64,000 bases of DNA from an uncultured Candidatus Saccharibacteria bacterium (GTDB taxonomy: Bacteria; Patescibacteriota; Minisyncoccia; Phycocordibacterales; PALSA-1337): contig CAZGUZ010000001.1 of the NCBI GenBank assembly GCA_964529025.1, positions 70,163-134,162 on the forward strand, read 5' to 3'. Position numbers and translations under genes: made by a program. This document shows, one piece after another, positions 56,745 to 64,000 of the stretch. Under the pieces are notes generated by a model. The model was not told where the DNA came from and ran no database searches. It was given only the letters and a program-made list of their open reading frames with translations. Position 1 is the first letter of the stretch. Each line of letters begins with the position of its first letter.

Positions 56745-58085
56745 ATGAACTTTCTTTCTTTCCTCCTCGGGAAAAAGCGTGGTTATAACCCCCGCCACAA
56801 ACGCACTCATACAGTAGCGCCTTTGCCTTTAGTGTATGTTGTTAAAGATATTGAGCGAGCAGTGGGATCTTTTCCTTTTAATTACTATATCGTGACAACA
56901 AATTCTCCTTTGGCACAGATGTATAAATCTACTTATCCAGAAAAGATTTTTATTGTTCGCCCAACATCGCAAGTATTAAATACCTATACCCTACTCCAGC
57001 ACCAAGACACGCACGATGCGATTAAAGAAATTCAAAAAAAACACGGCACACAACCCGATGTTATTGTTTTTCTTAATACAGAAAGAATTCGTGCATATGC
57101 AGAATCTTGTGGACTTAAAATTGCCAATCCTTCACCTTCACAGAGTGAGAAGATTGAGCACAAAATTAGATTAGTAGAATGGCTTGGTAAAGATGTTGAT
57201 CTTTTACCAGAACATCGAGTAGGAAAACTTTCAGCACTCCAGCCTTTCAAATACCCCTTTATTTTGCAGTGGGGTCTTGGTCATACCGGAAACAATACCG
57301 AAACAATTTCAGACAGTTCGACTTTTAATGCCTATGTACAAAAATTTCCTGAGCGAGAGGCGCGCATAACACAAATCATTCATGGTCCAACGATTACGGT
57401 AAATCTTGTTACCGACAATAGAATTACTCATTGTGGTTCACCGAGCTATCAGATTACAGGACTTCGACCATGGACCGATACTGATTGGAGTACTGTTGGT
57501 AATGACTGGGCACTCGGCGCTCACCTTGTTCATCTTTATGGAGAACTACCTTTCCGAAGACTCGTTAAAAGAATTGCTGAGCGAATGTCAGACTCAGGTT
57601 GGCACGGGCTCTACGGACTCGACATCGTAATTGATACCGAAGCTCCTCCAGAGCAGCGTTTTAAGCTCATCGAAATTAATGCTCGCCAGGCAGCATCGGT
57701 CACCTTCGAGTCGGAGCTCGCCCGAAATCATCTTCGTGATATCGAACAACCAACACTCTTTGATCTTCATATCGAAGCATTGCGATCTACCGAGCCGCGC
57801 AATAGCCATAAGCCACACACGCTTGAGTTTATGCCCTACATTAAAAATGGTGCTCAGCTCGTACAAAGAATTACACGCGACCGTGCTCTTGCTCCGCACA
57901 TTCCACACCTCACCGATCATATGTATACATGGAAAATAATTTCATATGATAATAAAGAGCACCTCGAAGACATGCTCAGAGTTCAAACATACGGAAACTT
58001 TATGACCGAGCATAATAAGCTCTCACCCGAAGGTCTTGCCCTCAAAGCACTCCTTAATAAACACATTAATTCAGAAAAACTGTAG
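56745..58085 (+). CDS. ATP-grasp-fold ligase-like protein
   Basis: 446 aa. The C-terminal half has ATP-grasp hallmarks ...GLYGLDIVIDTEAPPEQRFKLIEINARQAAS... (ExN motif). There is no signal peptide. Confidence 0.55.
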   Translation: MNFLSFLLGKKRGYNPRHKRTHTVAPLPLVYVVKDIERAVGSFPFNYYIVTTNSPLAQMYKSTYPEKIFIVRPTSQVLNTYTLLQHQDTHDAIKEIQKKHGTQPDVIVFLNTERIRAYAESCGLKIANPSPSQSEKIEHKIRLVEWLGKDVDLLPEHRVGKLSALQPFKYPFILQWGLGHTGNNTETISDSSTFNAYVQKFPEREARITQIIHGPTITVNLVTDNRITHCGSPSYQITGLRPWTDTDWSTVGNDWALGAHLVHLYGELPFRRLVKRIAERMSDSGWHGLYGLDIVIDTEAPPEQRFKLIEINARQAASVTFESELARNHLRDIEQPTLFDLHIEALRSTEPRNSHKPHTLEFMPYIKNGAQLVQRITRDRALAPHIPHLTDHMYTWKIISYDNKEHLEDMLRVQTYGNFMTEHNKLSPEGLALKALLNKHINSEKL

Positions 58086-58117
58086 TACTCGCAGCACTCT
58101 TATAGTAATATCAGTAT

Positions 58118-58909
58118 ATGAACACGCGAACCCTGAGCACAGAAGCACAGAAAGTTATTCAAGCCTACGAGCAATTTTGTCTTGGCGGCACTTGCGTTCG
58201 TGTACCCTATTTTAATAATAAAAAAGCAGGTTCACGCCGAGCACTACCGAGCCAAATCGGCAAAGGTAATCCAAAAGAAATTGAGGATGAAATTCTTCTG
58301 ACACTCAAAAAGACTCGCGAAAATGTGGGTAACCTTAACCCACAGAACCTTACCGATATTATGGTTTCTGAATCGATTGGCATTGACTGCTCAGGCTATG
58401 CACTCTATGTTCTCGATGCTGAATCTCGATCAAGGGGCAAAGGTGGCATTGATCGACATCTTTCTTTTCCTCTTGCGGGCAATATTTTTATGCGGATACT
58501 TGCGCACATTCACCCAGCAACAAATACTAATGTTGCAACATTTGCACATATAAAAAATAGTGCCGAAATTAAACTCAATGATGCTATGCCTGGCGACATC
58601 ATTACGATACTCAATACAGCGCAGAGCGAGCGTAATCACATTCTTATTGTTACTAATGTTGATTATCAAAACTTTGTACCTACAGCAATTTACTACACAC
58701 ATTCAATTGCTTGGCCAAGTGATGGAACTCATAACCACGGAATTCGCCATGGAAAAATCATCATAACTGACATTGCCCGCCCCATTACCGAACAACAGTG
58801 GCTCGAAACTCATTCAGAAAATAGCCAAACAGGTACTCCAGAAAAAAACTATACCCATGAGCGAGCAAATCAGGGTGTAACAACCCTACGCCGACTTAAC
58901 TGGTTTTAA
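58118..58909 (+). CDS. Cytoplasmic NlpC/P60-like (papain-fold) cysteine hydrolase/transferase candidate
   Basis: 263 aa. The ...SIGIDCSGYALYVLD... motif matches the NlpC/P60 catalytic-Cys block (D/N)CSG(F/L)(V/I). The downstream ...RNHILIVTNV...IYYTHSI... provides candidate His residues. No signal peptide. Confidence 0.45.
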   Translation: MNTRTLSTEAQKVIQAYEQFCLGGTCVRVPYFNNKKAGSRRALPSQIGKGNPKEIEDEILLTLKKTRENVGNLNPQNLTDIMVSESIGIDCSGYALYVLDAESRSRGKGGIDRHLSFPLAGNIFMRILAHIHPATNTNVATFAHIKNSAEIKLNDAMPGDIITILNTAQSERNHILIVTNVDYQNFVPTAIYYTHSIAWPSDGTHNHGIRHGKIIITDIARPITEQQWLETHSENSQTGTPEKNYTHERANQGVTTLRRLNWF

Positions 58910-58939
58910 CTCGTTTTTTTTGCTATTCTTGCTCTATCT

Positions 58940-60064
58940 ATGGCTGAATCAAATGCAGTGCAAGAACTTATTGTTATATTGTCTTTCCTCATTGGCTCCT
59001 CTCTTTTTGCTTTTGCTTGGTCTCCACTTTTGAGCCACCTCCTCTACAAGTACAAAGTAATTAAAAGCCCTAAGGTAGAACTTACACACACCCACACAGA
59101 CACAGTCAAAGCAAAGACCCCAATCATGGGTGGCATCCTTGTTATACTCACCGTTGCCATCATTACGTATGCATTTAACTGGGAGCGCAGCTTTACCTGG
59201 GTACCTATTGGCGTCATGTTGCTTGCCGCTGGTCTTGGAGCTATTGATGACCTCCTCAACATTTACGGAACACGCCGAAGAAATCGTAGCGTAGCCCAAG
59301 TCCTTACCCTTATACGAGTGCATCAAAATTATTTTGTACGTTTATGGCTCCTCATTACTCTGCCTTGGACAATTATTAAAAGAATCTCTCTTGTTTTTGG
59401 TTCACACCCAGGTAAGGGTGTTTACGTGCATGAAAAACTCCTCTTTCAATTTCTTGCTGGTGGAATAGCAGCATGGTGGATTTATTTCAAGCTTGGTCCC
59501 GCTTGGCACTTTTTGAATATTCCTTTTGTTGGGCAGTACCATGTTGGCTGGCTCATTATTCCTATCATTATTTTTATGATTATGTTTACCGCAAATGCAG
59601 TAAACATTGCGGATGGTATGGATGGCCTAGCTGGCGGCATGCTTATTCCAACCTATGGAGCACTTGCCCTTTTGAGTTGGACAAGTGGTTTTACTGAACT
59701 TACGGTTCTTAATGCTACCGTAGTTGGCGCCCTTGTTACCTACACTTATTTTAATATTAAACCTGCGCGCTTTATGATGGGCGATGTGGGCTCTTTAGGC
59801 TTAGGTGCACTTCTTGCAATTAACGCTTTAGCAATTGGCGAAAACGTAAGTCTACTATTTTTGGCTTTTGTATTTTATGTAGAAGCTACAACAGTGATCA
59901 TTCAAGTACTCGGAAGAATCTTGCTTAAGCGCAGAATATTCCGCATGGCACCACTTCATCACCACTTCGAACTCATAGGTTGGAGCGAAGAAAAAACCAT
60001 TATGCGATTCTGGATCGTTCACGCTCTCATGGTTCTCGTCGGTATTTGGATTTCAATTCAATAA
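58940..60064 (+). CDS. mraY: Phospho-N-acetylmuramoyl-pentapeptide transferase
   Basis: 374 aa with about 10 TM helices. MraY/WecA motifs are present: ...TPIMGGIL..., ...NAVNIADGMDGLAGG..., ...FMMGDVGSLGLGA..., ...APLHHHFE.... Confidence 0.85.
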   Translation: MAESNAVQELIVILSFLIGSSLFAFAWSPLLSHLLYKYKVIKSPKVELTHTHTDTVKAKTPIMGGILVILTVAIITYAFNWERSFTWVPIGVMLLAAGLGAIDDLLNIYGTRRRNRSVAQVLTLIRVHQNYFVRLWLLITLPWTIIKRISLVFGSHPGKGVYVHEKLLFQFLAGGIAAWWIYFKLGPAWHFLNIPFVGQYHVGWLIIPIIIFMIMFTANAVNIADGMDGLAGGMLIPTYGALALLSWTSGFTELTVLNATVVGALVTYTYFNIKPARFMMGDVGSLGLGALLAINALAIGENVSLLFLAFVFYVEATTVIIQVLGRILLKRRIFRMAPLHHHFELIGWSEEKTIMRFWIVHALMVLVGIWISIQ

Positions 60065-60090
60065 TTTCATTCTGTAACAGCACACATTGT

Positions 60091-60765
60091 ATGACTCAAA
60101 AATATCTTTCTTGGGGTGAAACTATAGTAGACCCACTTAATACTGCCGCAGCCGAAGAAGCCTACAATAAAGGTGCTCTTTTTACTCGAGTAGAGCCTCA
60201 AAAGATGACCTTAACTCGTAGTGTACGAGTTAACCTCAAAAAGTTTTCTTTATCGAGTGAAAATCGTCGTATCCTACGCAAGAATGAAAACATATCTTTA
60301 AGTACAACAGTACTGCCTTCAAGCTCGTATACATGGGAAATCGGAAAGCTTGCAAAAGACTTTTACGATACAAAATTTGGAAAAGATATTTTCTCAGCAA
60401 ATGCTATAAAAAAGTTGTGCACTGAGCCTCATAATTTTAATACTCTTTTTGTATATTCAGAAAATGAAAAGCCTTTGGGATATGCAATCTGCTATATGAC
60501 AAAGAACATCTTGCATTATTCATACCCCTTTTACGAGCTTAACCGAGCAGAAGCAAATATTGGCATTGGAATGATGACAAAAGCAATTGCATTCGCTCAA
60601 GAGAAAGGTCTTTCATACGTATACCTTGGTTCGCTTCAGCGTCCAACAGATACATACAAGCTTCAGTTTGAAGGAATAGAATGGTTTGACGAACACACTC
60701 AGTCGTGGAGTTCTAATCTTATTGCGGCAAAAACCCATCTTAATTCTGATATACTGCAAGCATAA
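60091..60765 (+). CDS. ATE_C/Bpt-like aminoacyl-tRNA--protein transferase family protein (GNAT-fold)
   Basis: About 225 aa from the internal ATG (MTQKYLSWGE...). The C-terminal block ...GLSYVYLGSLQRPTDTYKLQFEGIEWFD resembles the YLGYW...YK..F.P.E block of arginyl/leucyl-tRNA-protein transferases. Upstream ...RRILRKNENISL... also resembles Bpt/ATE. The track ORF starts at 59980 and overlaps mraY. Confidence 0.45.
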   Translation: MTQKYLSWGETIVDPLNTAAAEEAYNKGALFTRVEPQKMTLTRSVRVNLKKFSLSSENRRILRKNENISLSTTVLPSSSYTWEIGKLAKDFYDTKFGKDIFSANAIKKLCTEPHNFNTLFVYSENEKPLGYAICYMTKNILHYSYPFYELNRAEANIGIGMMTKAIAFAQEKGLSYVYLGSLQRPTDTYKLQFEGIEWFDEHTQSWSSNLIAAKTHLNSDILQA

Positions 60766-60771
60766 ATTTAT

Positions 60772-62253
60772 ATGTCTACTTTCTCTTTTCACGGAAAAAA
60801 TCCGAATGATATTCATATCCATGTTATTGGTATCTGTGGCGTAGCAACAGGTGCTTTGGCAGTCGCTTTTCATACACGGGGGTACATTGTAACTGGTAGC
60901 GATAAAGGATTTTGGCCACCGGTTTCAACCGAACTCGAAAAACACGGAATCAATTTTTATGCTGGCTGGCATCCCGAAAAAATGTCTCGCACCCTACCAG
61001 ATGGAAGCATAAAATACCCCGATGTTATTATTGCTGGCACAGCTTCTGGCACACAAAACCCCGAAACAGAATTAGCAAAAAAACTTGGTCTTCCTATTTA
61101 TTCTTTTGCCGAGGCTATTGGTGAATTTTTTGCAAAAGAAAATTCAATTGTCTGCGCAGGAACCTGGGGTAAAACATCTAACTCTACCCTACTATCACAT
61201 ATTCTTACCCAAGCCGATTTTGACCCAACATATATGTTTGGGGGAATTTCTTTGTCTCACAATCAGTCAGCATATTTAGGAGAAAGCAAATGGAGCGTTT
61301 TTGAAGGCGATGAATACAAAAGTTCACCGACCGACACGACACCTAAATTTGCCTATTATAAAGCAACGCATGTATTGCTTACTGCCGTAAACTGGGACCA
61401 TGCAGATCTCTATCCTACACCAGCAGATTTTAAAAAAGTGTTTCTTAAACTTGCTCATGGTATACCTCGTCATGGGGCTCTTGTAGCATGCGTCGACAAT
61501 GAAGGTGTTCGCGAAATAATTGCCGAGACTCCCGAGGTTCGCCACATTACCTATGGCAAAGCCAATACCTCATTCGAGCCAGACTATAGTTATTCCGAAG
61601 TCAAAGAAAGCGTTAATGGTATATCTTGCATCATTTCTCATGGTGATGAAGACTATTCGATAACCTCACCGATCCTTGGTTCATACCAAGTGGAAAATAT
61701 TACCGCTTGTTTTGCAATGGCACACCACCTTGGTGTAAGTGCTCAAACAATCATCAAAGCAATTGCAAGCTTTAAGGGCCTTAAGCGAAGACTTGAGCAG
61801 CGCCTACTAGCCCATGAATCACCGCATGGAGTTACTGTTATTGATGACATTGCACACTCTCCAGACAAAGCCCGAACAACTATTGCTGTACTTAAAAGAA
61901 TCTTTAATGGAAAAGTAACTGTAGTTTTTGAACCAAATATTGGCGGTCGCATTCCAGATGCACTACCAACATATGCTCATGCTTTTTCTGAAGCTGATCG
62001 TGTAATTGTTCCCCGCCTCACCAAACTTAAAACTTCAGAAGACCCTAATGCAATTGTGCCGGTTGATGGCACAGTACTTGCCGAGACGATTAAACAAACA
62101 CAACCAGACACAGACTATATTTCTGATGACGATCTTTTGGTACAAGAATTAACAAAAACAGCCCACACAGGGGATGTCATTGCTTTTCTTGGCTCACACG
62201 GCTTTAGAAAGATGATAGAAGCAACTGTTACTACTTTCCTTCATCAACAATAG
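60772..62253 (+). CDS. murC: UDP-N-acetylmuramate--L-alanine ligase (MurC/Mpl-type Mur ligase) with atypical P-loop
   Basis: 493 aa. The N-terminal MurC-type Rossmann domain (IHVIGICGVATGALAVAFHTRGYIVTGSD), the Mur ligase central domain and a C-terminal domain are present. The P-loop reads GTWGKTS instead of the canonical GTNGKTT. Confidence 0.8.
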   Translation: MSTFSFHGKNPNDIHIHVIGICGVATGALAVAFHTRGYIVTGSDKGFWPPVSTELEKHGINFYAGWHPEKMSRTLPDGSIKYPDVIIAGTASGTQNPETELAKKLGLPIYSFAEAIGEFFAKENSIVCAGTWGKTSNSTLLSHILTQADFDPTYMFGGISLSHNQSAYLGESKWSVFEGDEYKSSPTDTTPKFAYYKATHVLLTAVNWDHADLYPTPADFKKVFLKLAHGIPRHGALVACVDNEGVREIIAETPEVRHITYGKANTSFEPDYSYSEVKESVNGISCIISHGDEDYSITSPILGSYQVENITACFAMAHHLGVSAQTIIKAIASFKGLKRRLEQRLLAHESPHGVTVIDDIAHSPDKARTTIAVLKRIFNGKVTVVFEPNIGGRIPDALPTYAHAFSEADRVIVPRLTKLKTSEDPNAIVPVDGTVLAETIKQTQPDTDYISDDDLLVQELTKTAHTGDVIAFLGSHGFRKMIEATVTTFLHQQ

Positions 62254-62395
62254 AGGCATCAACACTTGTTGGTGTAATTTCATTAACTCCAAGTGTAATA
62301 CCGCACATATTACATTCAATAACATGGCCTACAGCAAGGTCTGGATATCGAGCAAGGTCAACAGGATTTTTACATTCAGGGCAAATAAGTTTCAT
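62231..62395 (-). CDS. Unannotated 54-aa zinc-ribbon micro-protein resembling amino-group carrier protein LysW/ArgW
   Basis: Manual minus-strand translation gives MKLICPECKNPVDLARYPDLAVGHVIECNMCGITLGVNEITPTSVDASIVDEGK. CPEC...CNMC is a Cys4 ribbon. The spacing and hydrophobic pattern parallel LysW (about 54 aa). The acidic C-terminus is VDEGK. It is below the ORF-track cutoff and overlaps the murC 3' end by 23 nt on the opposite strand. Confidence 0.4.
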   Translation of the reverse strand: MKLICPECKNPVDLARYPDLAVGHVIECNMCGITLGVNEITPTSVDASIVDEGK

Positions 62396-62419
62396 ATAGT
62401 TTAATTACATTAACCTTTA

Positions 62420-62444
62420 TATACTACTCAAAATAGAGTAGTAT
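62420..62444. promoter_or_regulatory. Perfect 10-bp inverted repeat (TATACTACTC-N5-GAGTAGTATA) immediately upstream of the PLP-enzyme start codon; candidate operator
   Basis: Exact palindrome ending 6 nt before the ATG at 62451. It lies in the 55-nt gap between the divergent LysW-like micro-ORF and the PLP enzyme gene. Confidence 0.4.
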
Positions 62445-62450
62445 AGCAAT

Positions 62451-63335
62451 ATGATTACCCCACAGACACAATACCCAGAACTCGGCCAACAAATCGGTAT
62501 TTCTAACCTTTGGCTTAAGCGCGAAGACTTACACCCCTATAAATCACATAAGGGTCGCTCTGTGCCACATATGATAGATACGGCCATTAAATCCGGCTCA
62601 ACAGAATTTGCTATATCATCTTCAGGAAACGCAGCACTTGCAGCTGCCCTCCATCTTGAAAAAATATCTCTTGAAGGATTACATGATTCTTTGCACCTCG
62701 AGGTTTTTGTTGGCTTAAAGATTCCCCAAGAAAAGCTCTCTCGTATTAATGCAGTCAAAGAAAGACACCCTGAACTCATTACCATTACCCATACCGAACG
62801 ACCTCTCCAGGCAATGTTTCAGAGAACAGAAAACGCTCCGCACATTCATAGCCTTCGACAATCTACCGATGACACTGCCCTTATTGGATACCAAAGCCTC
62901 TGTGAAGAGCTCGATAAAATTAACAATCTTGCACACATTTTTGTACCAACATCATCGGGTACAGCAGCCCAAGCTCTTGCAGAATTTTTTAGCTCAAAGG
63001 ATGTAACAATACACATTGTGCAAACATCATCATGCCACCCTATTGCTCAGCACTTCTTTGAATATCCTCAGACCGATGAAGTATCAATAGCCGATGCAAT
63101 TGTCGACAAAACAGCGTATCGCAAAGAAAAAATTCTTAATACCCTCACCAAAAATGGCGGCACAGGGATTATCGTTAACAATGAAAAAATTTCTGGAGCT
63201 CAAGAACTCATGCGTAAATATGCAAATATTGAAGTATCGCCCAATGGAGCACTCGGTGTTGCCGGACTCATGGAAGCAACCTATACAGATTTTAACCCTC
63301 GCGGGGCTGTAGTGTGTCTTGTGTGCGGTCTATAG
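62451..63335 (+). CDS. Small PLP-dependent fold-type-II enzyme (threonine synthase / Trp-synthase-beta superfamily-like)
   Basis: 294 aa. ...NLWLKREDLHPYKSHKGRSV... is the equivalent of the SFKDRG PLP-lysine motif. ...FAISSSGNAALAAALHL... is the equivalent of the Gly-rich phosphate loop. Confidence 0.55.
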   Translation: MITPQTQYPELGQQIGISNLWLKREDLHPYKSHKGRSVPHMIDTAIKSGSTEFAISSSGNAALAAALHLEKISLEGLHDSLHLEVFVGLKIPQEKLSRINAVKERHPELITITHTERPLQAMFQRTENAPHIHSLRQSTDDTALIGYQSLCEELDKINNLAHIFVPTSSGTAAQALAEFFSSKDVTIHIVQTSSCHPIAQHFFEYPQTDEVSIADAIVDKTAYRKEKILNTLTKNGGTGIIVNNEKISGAQELMRKYANIEVSPNGALGVAGLMEATYTDFNPRGAVVCLVCGL

Positions 63336-63363
63336 CCTAAAAATTCTACAATCATAGAACCAA

Positions 63364-64000
63364 TTATGCTTGGTATGTTTGACCATGCTTTTTAAGAAGT
63401 AATTGCACAATTTCATAGCGATCCCGGCGTGAATCGGCTTGGCCATAGTGTTCAGTCCCTGGGCTTACCACGATCTTTTGATCTTTATTACGGCAAGCAT
63501 ATGCCAGACGAATTGCATCATCAAGAGAGTCAGCAAACTCATACTGCGAGTCGGAATTCGCATAGTGCTTATGAAGACGTATATTTGAACTCCCCGGAAG
63601 AAAGATTACCTTTGAAACATAGCTTTGCAAAAAACTGAGAGCTTGGGTAGTAATATCTGACCCCTTTCCCCCTGTGACCAAAATCACCGGCGAATCTGTA
63701 GCACAGGTAACAGCAGCAGCCATAACCGAGACCATACACGTAGAATAACTATCGTTGTACGCCATTATACCCCCACCTGGCTTCTTAACCGGCTCTAAAC
63801 GCCCTTTAAGGCCCGTAAAAGGCTCTATAACCTCTCGACTTGTATCGAGCGGTATCTTGAACAGTTCAGCAACTCGGACCGCCAGAGCGATGTTTTCACG
63901 CATATGCAGGCCATCTGCGCTTAAAAGCCAATCTTGCGGAATTACCACCGTGCCCGTACGCAATATCTTTGAACGTTGCCCTTCAACATGCATTTTAAGA
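63364..64000 (-). CDS. murD: Mur ligase, C-terminal portion (MurD-like UDP-N-acetylmuramoylalanine--D-glutamate ligase); N-terminus lies beyond window end
   Basis: The C-terminal domain motifs ...FTGLKGRLEPV...YNDSYSTC...ILVTGGKGSD... match the Mur ligase C-terminal domain (cf. MurD GLPHRxE / NDSKATN / LLGGxGKG). The ORF continues past 64000. Confidence 0.6.
   Translation of the reverse strand, partial: LKMHVEGQRSKILRTGTVVIPQDWLLSADGLHMRENIALAVRVAELFKIPLDTSREVIEPFTGLKGRLEPVKKPGGGIMAYNDSYSTCMVSVMAAAVTCATDSPVILVTGGKGSDITTQALSFLQSYVSKVIFLPGSSNIRLHKHYANSDSQYEFADSLDDAIRLAYACRNKDQKIVVSPGTEHYGQADSRRDRYEIVQLLLKKHGQTYQA

Noticed and set aside
62231-62395. Confident LysW annotation of the micro-ORF
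   Set aside because: Canonical LysW ends in an EDWGE-type acidic tail whose terminal Glu is the ligation site. This ORF ends ...VDEGK. It is kept only as LysW-like and reported as a hypothesis.
1-64000. CRISPR arrays, tRNA/rRNA genes, IS elements, integrases
   Set aside because: A scan of intergenic regions found no direct-repeat/spacer periodicity, no tRNA cloverleaf signatures (GTTCGAATCC-type T-loops with matching acceptor stems), and no transposase or recombinase-like ORFs.

Overview
This 64-kb window looks like part of a small, moderately AT-rich bacterial chromosome. The gene content is Patescibacteria/CPR-like: densely packed, mostly minus-strand genes with frequent 4-40 nt overlaps, and no mobile elements, CRISPR arrays, rRNAs or recognisable tRNAs. 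It divides into five blocks.

1. Housekeeping block, 1-17.4 kb. It carries rplY, a 2-hydroxyacid dehydrogenase, class II fructose-bisphosphate aldolase, a PfkB sugar kinase, tgt, a LOG-family protein, an MFS transporter, an RRM RNA-binding protein, a SanA/DUF218 protein, gatB, obg, an AI-2E transporter, secA and murB. A roughly 370-nt GC-rich, highly structured non-coding island sits between murB and secA and ends in an intrinsic terminator.

2. Regulatory and accessory patch, 17.9-23.3 kb. It contains an orphan sensor histidine kinase followed by two overlapping hypothetical genes: an alpha/alpha-toroid prenyltransferase/squalene-cyclase-repeat-like protein and a divergent polyprenyl-diphosphate-synthase-like protein. 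Next come a DoxX protein with a Cys-rich tail, a stand-alone Fe-S Cas4/AddB-like PD-(D/E)XK nuclease and an SGNH hydrolase.

3. Glycosylation island, 23.4-51.5 kb (about 28 kb, almost entirely minus-strand and translationally coupled). It holds an O-antigen-ligase/TPR protein, a Wzx-like flippase, at least nine GT-B (GT4/GT9) glycosyltransferases including a tandem double-GT4 fusion, two GT2 enzymes (one fused to a SAM methyltransferase), two GT-C membrane glycosyltransferases, a YfhO-like protein, an exostosin-like protein, GtrA, an AsnB-type amidotransferase and four further stand-alone SAM methyltransferases.

4. 51.5-53.9 kb. A soluble VirD4/TraG-like coupling-protein-family ATPase with a long P/Q-rich tail is preceded by a second GC-rich structured leader or ncRNA candidate.

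5. Cell-wall neighbourhood, 53.9-64 kb. It carries a putative TIM-barrel glycoside hydrolase, rsmI, an ATP-grasp ligase plus a cytoplasmic NlpC/P60-like protein, mraY, an ATE/Bpt-like aminoacyl-tRNA-protein transferase, murC, an unannotated LysW-like zinc-ribbon micro-ORF, a small PLP fold-type-II enzyme and a partial MurD-like Mur ligase.

The most novel-looking items are the two GC-rich RNA candidates, the histidine kinase/toroid/prenyl-synthase trio, the methyl-rich glycosylation island with its GT2-methyltransferase fusion, and the extra aminoacyl-transferase, ATP-grasp and NlpC/P60 genes grafted into the dcw cluster.
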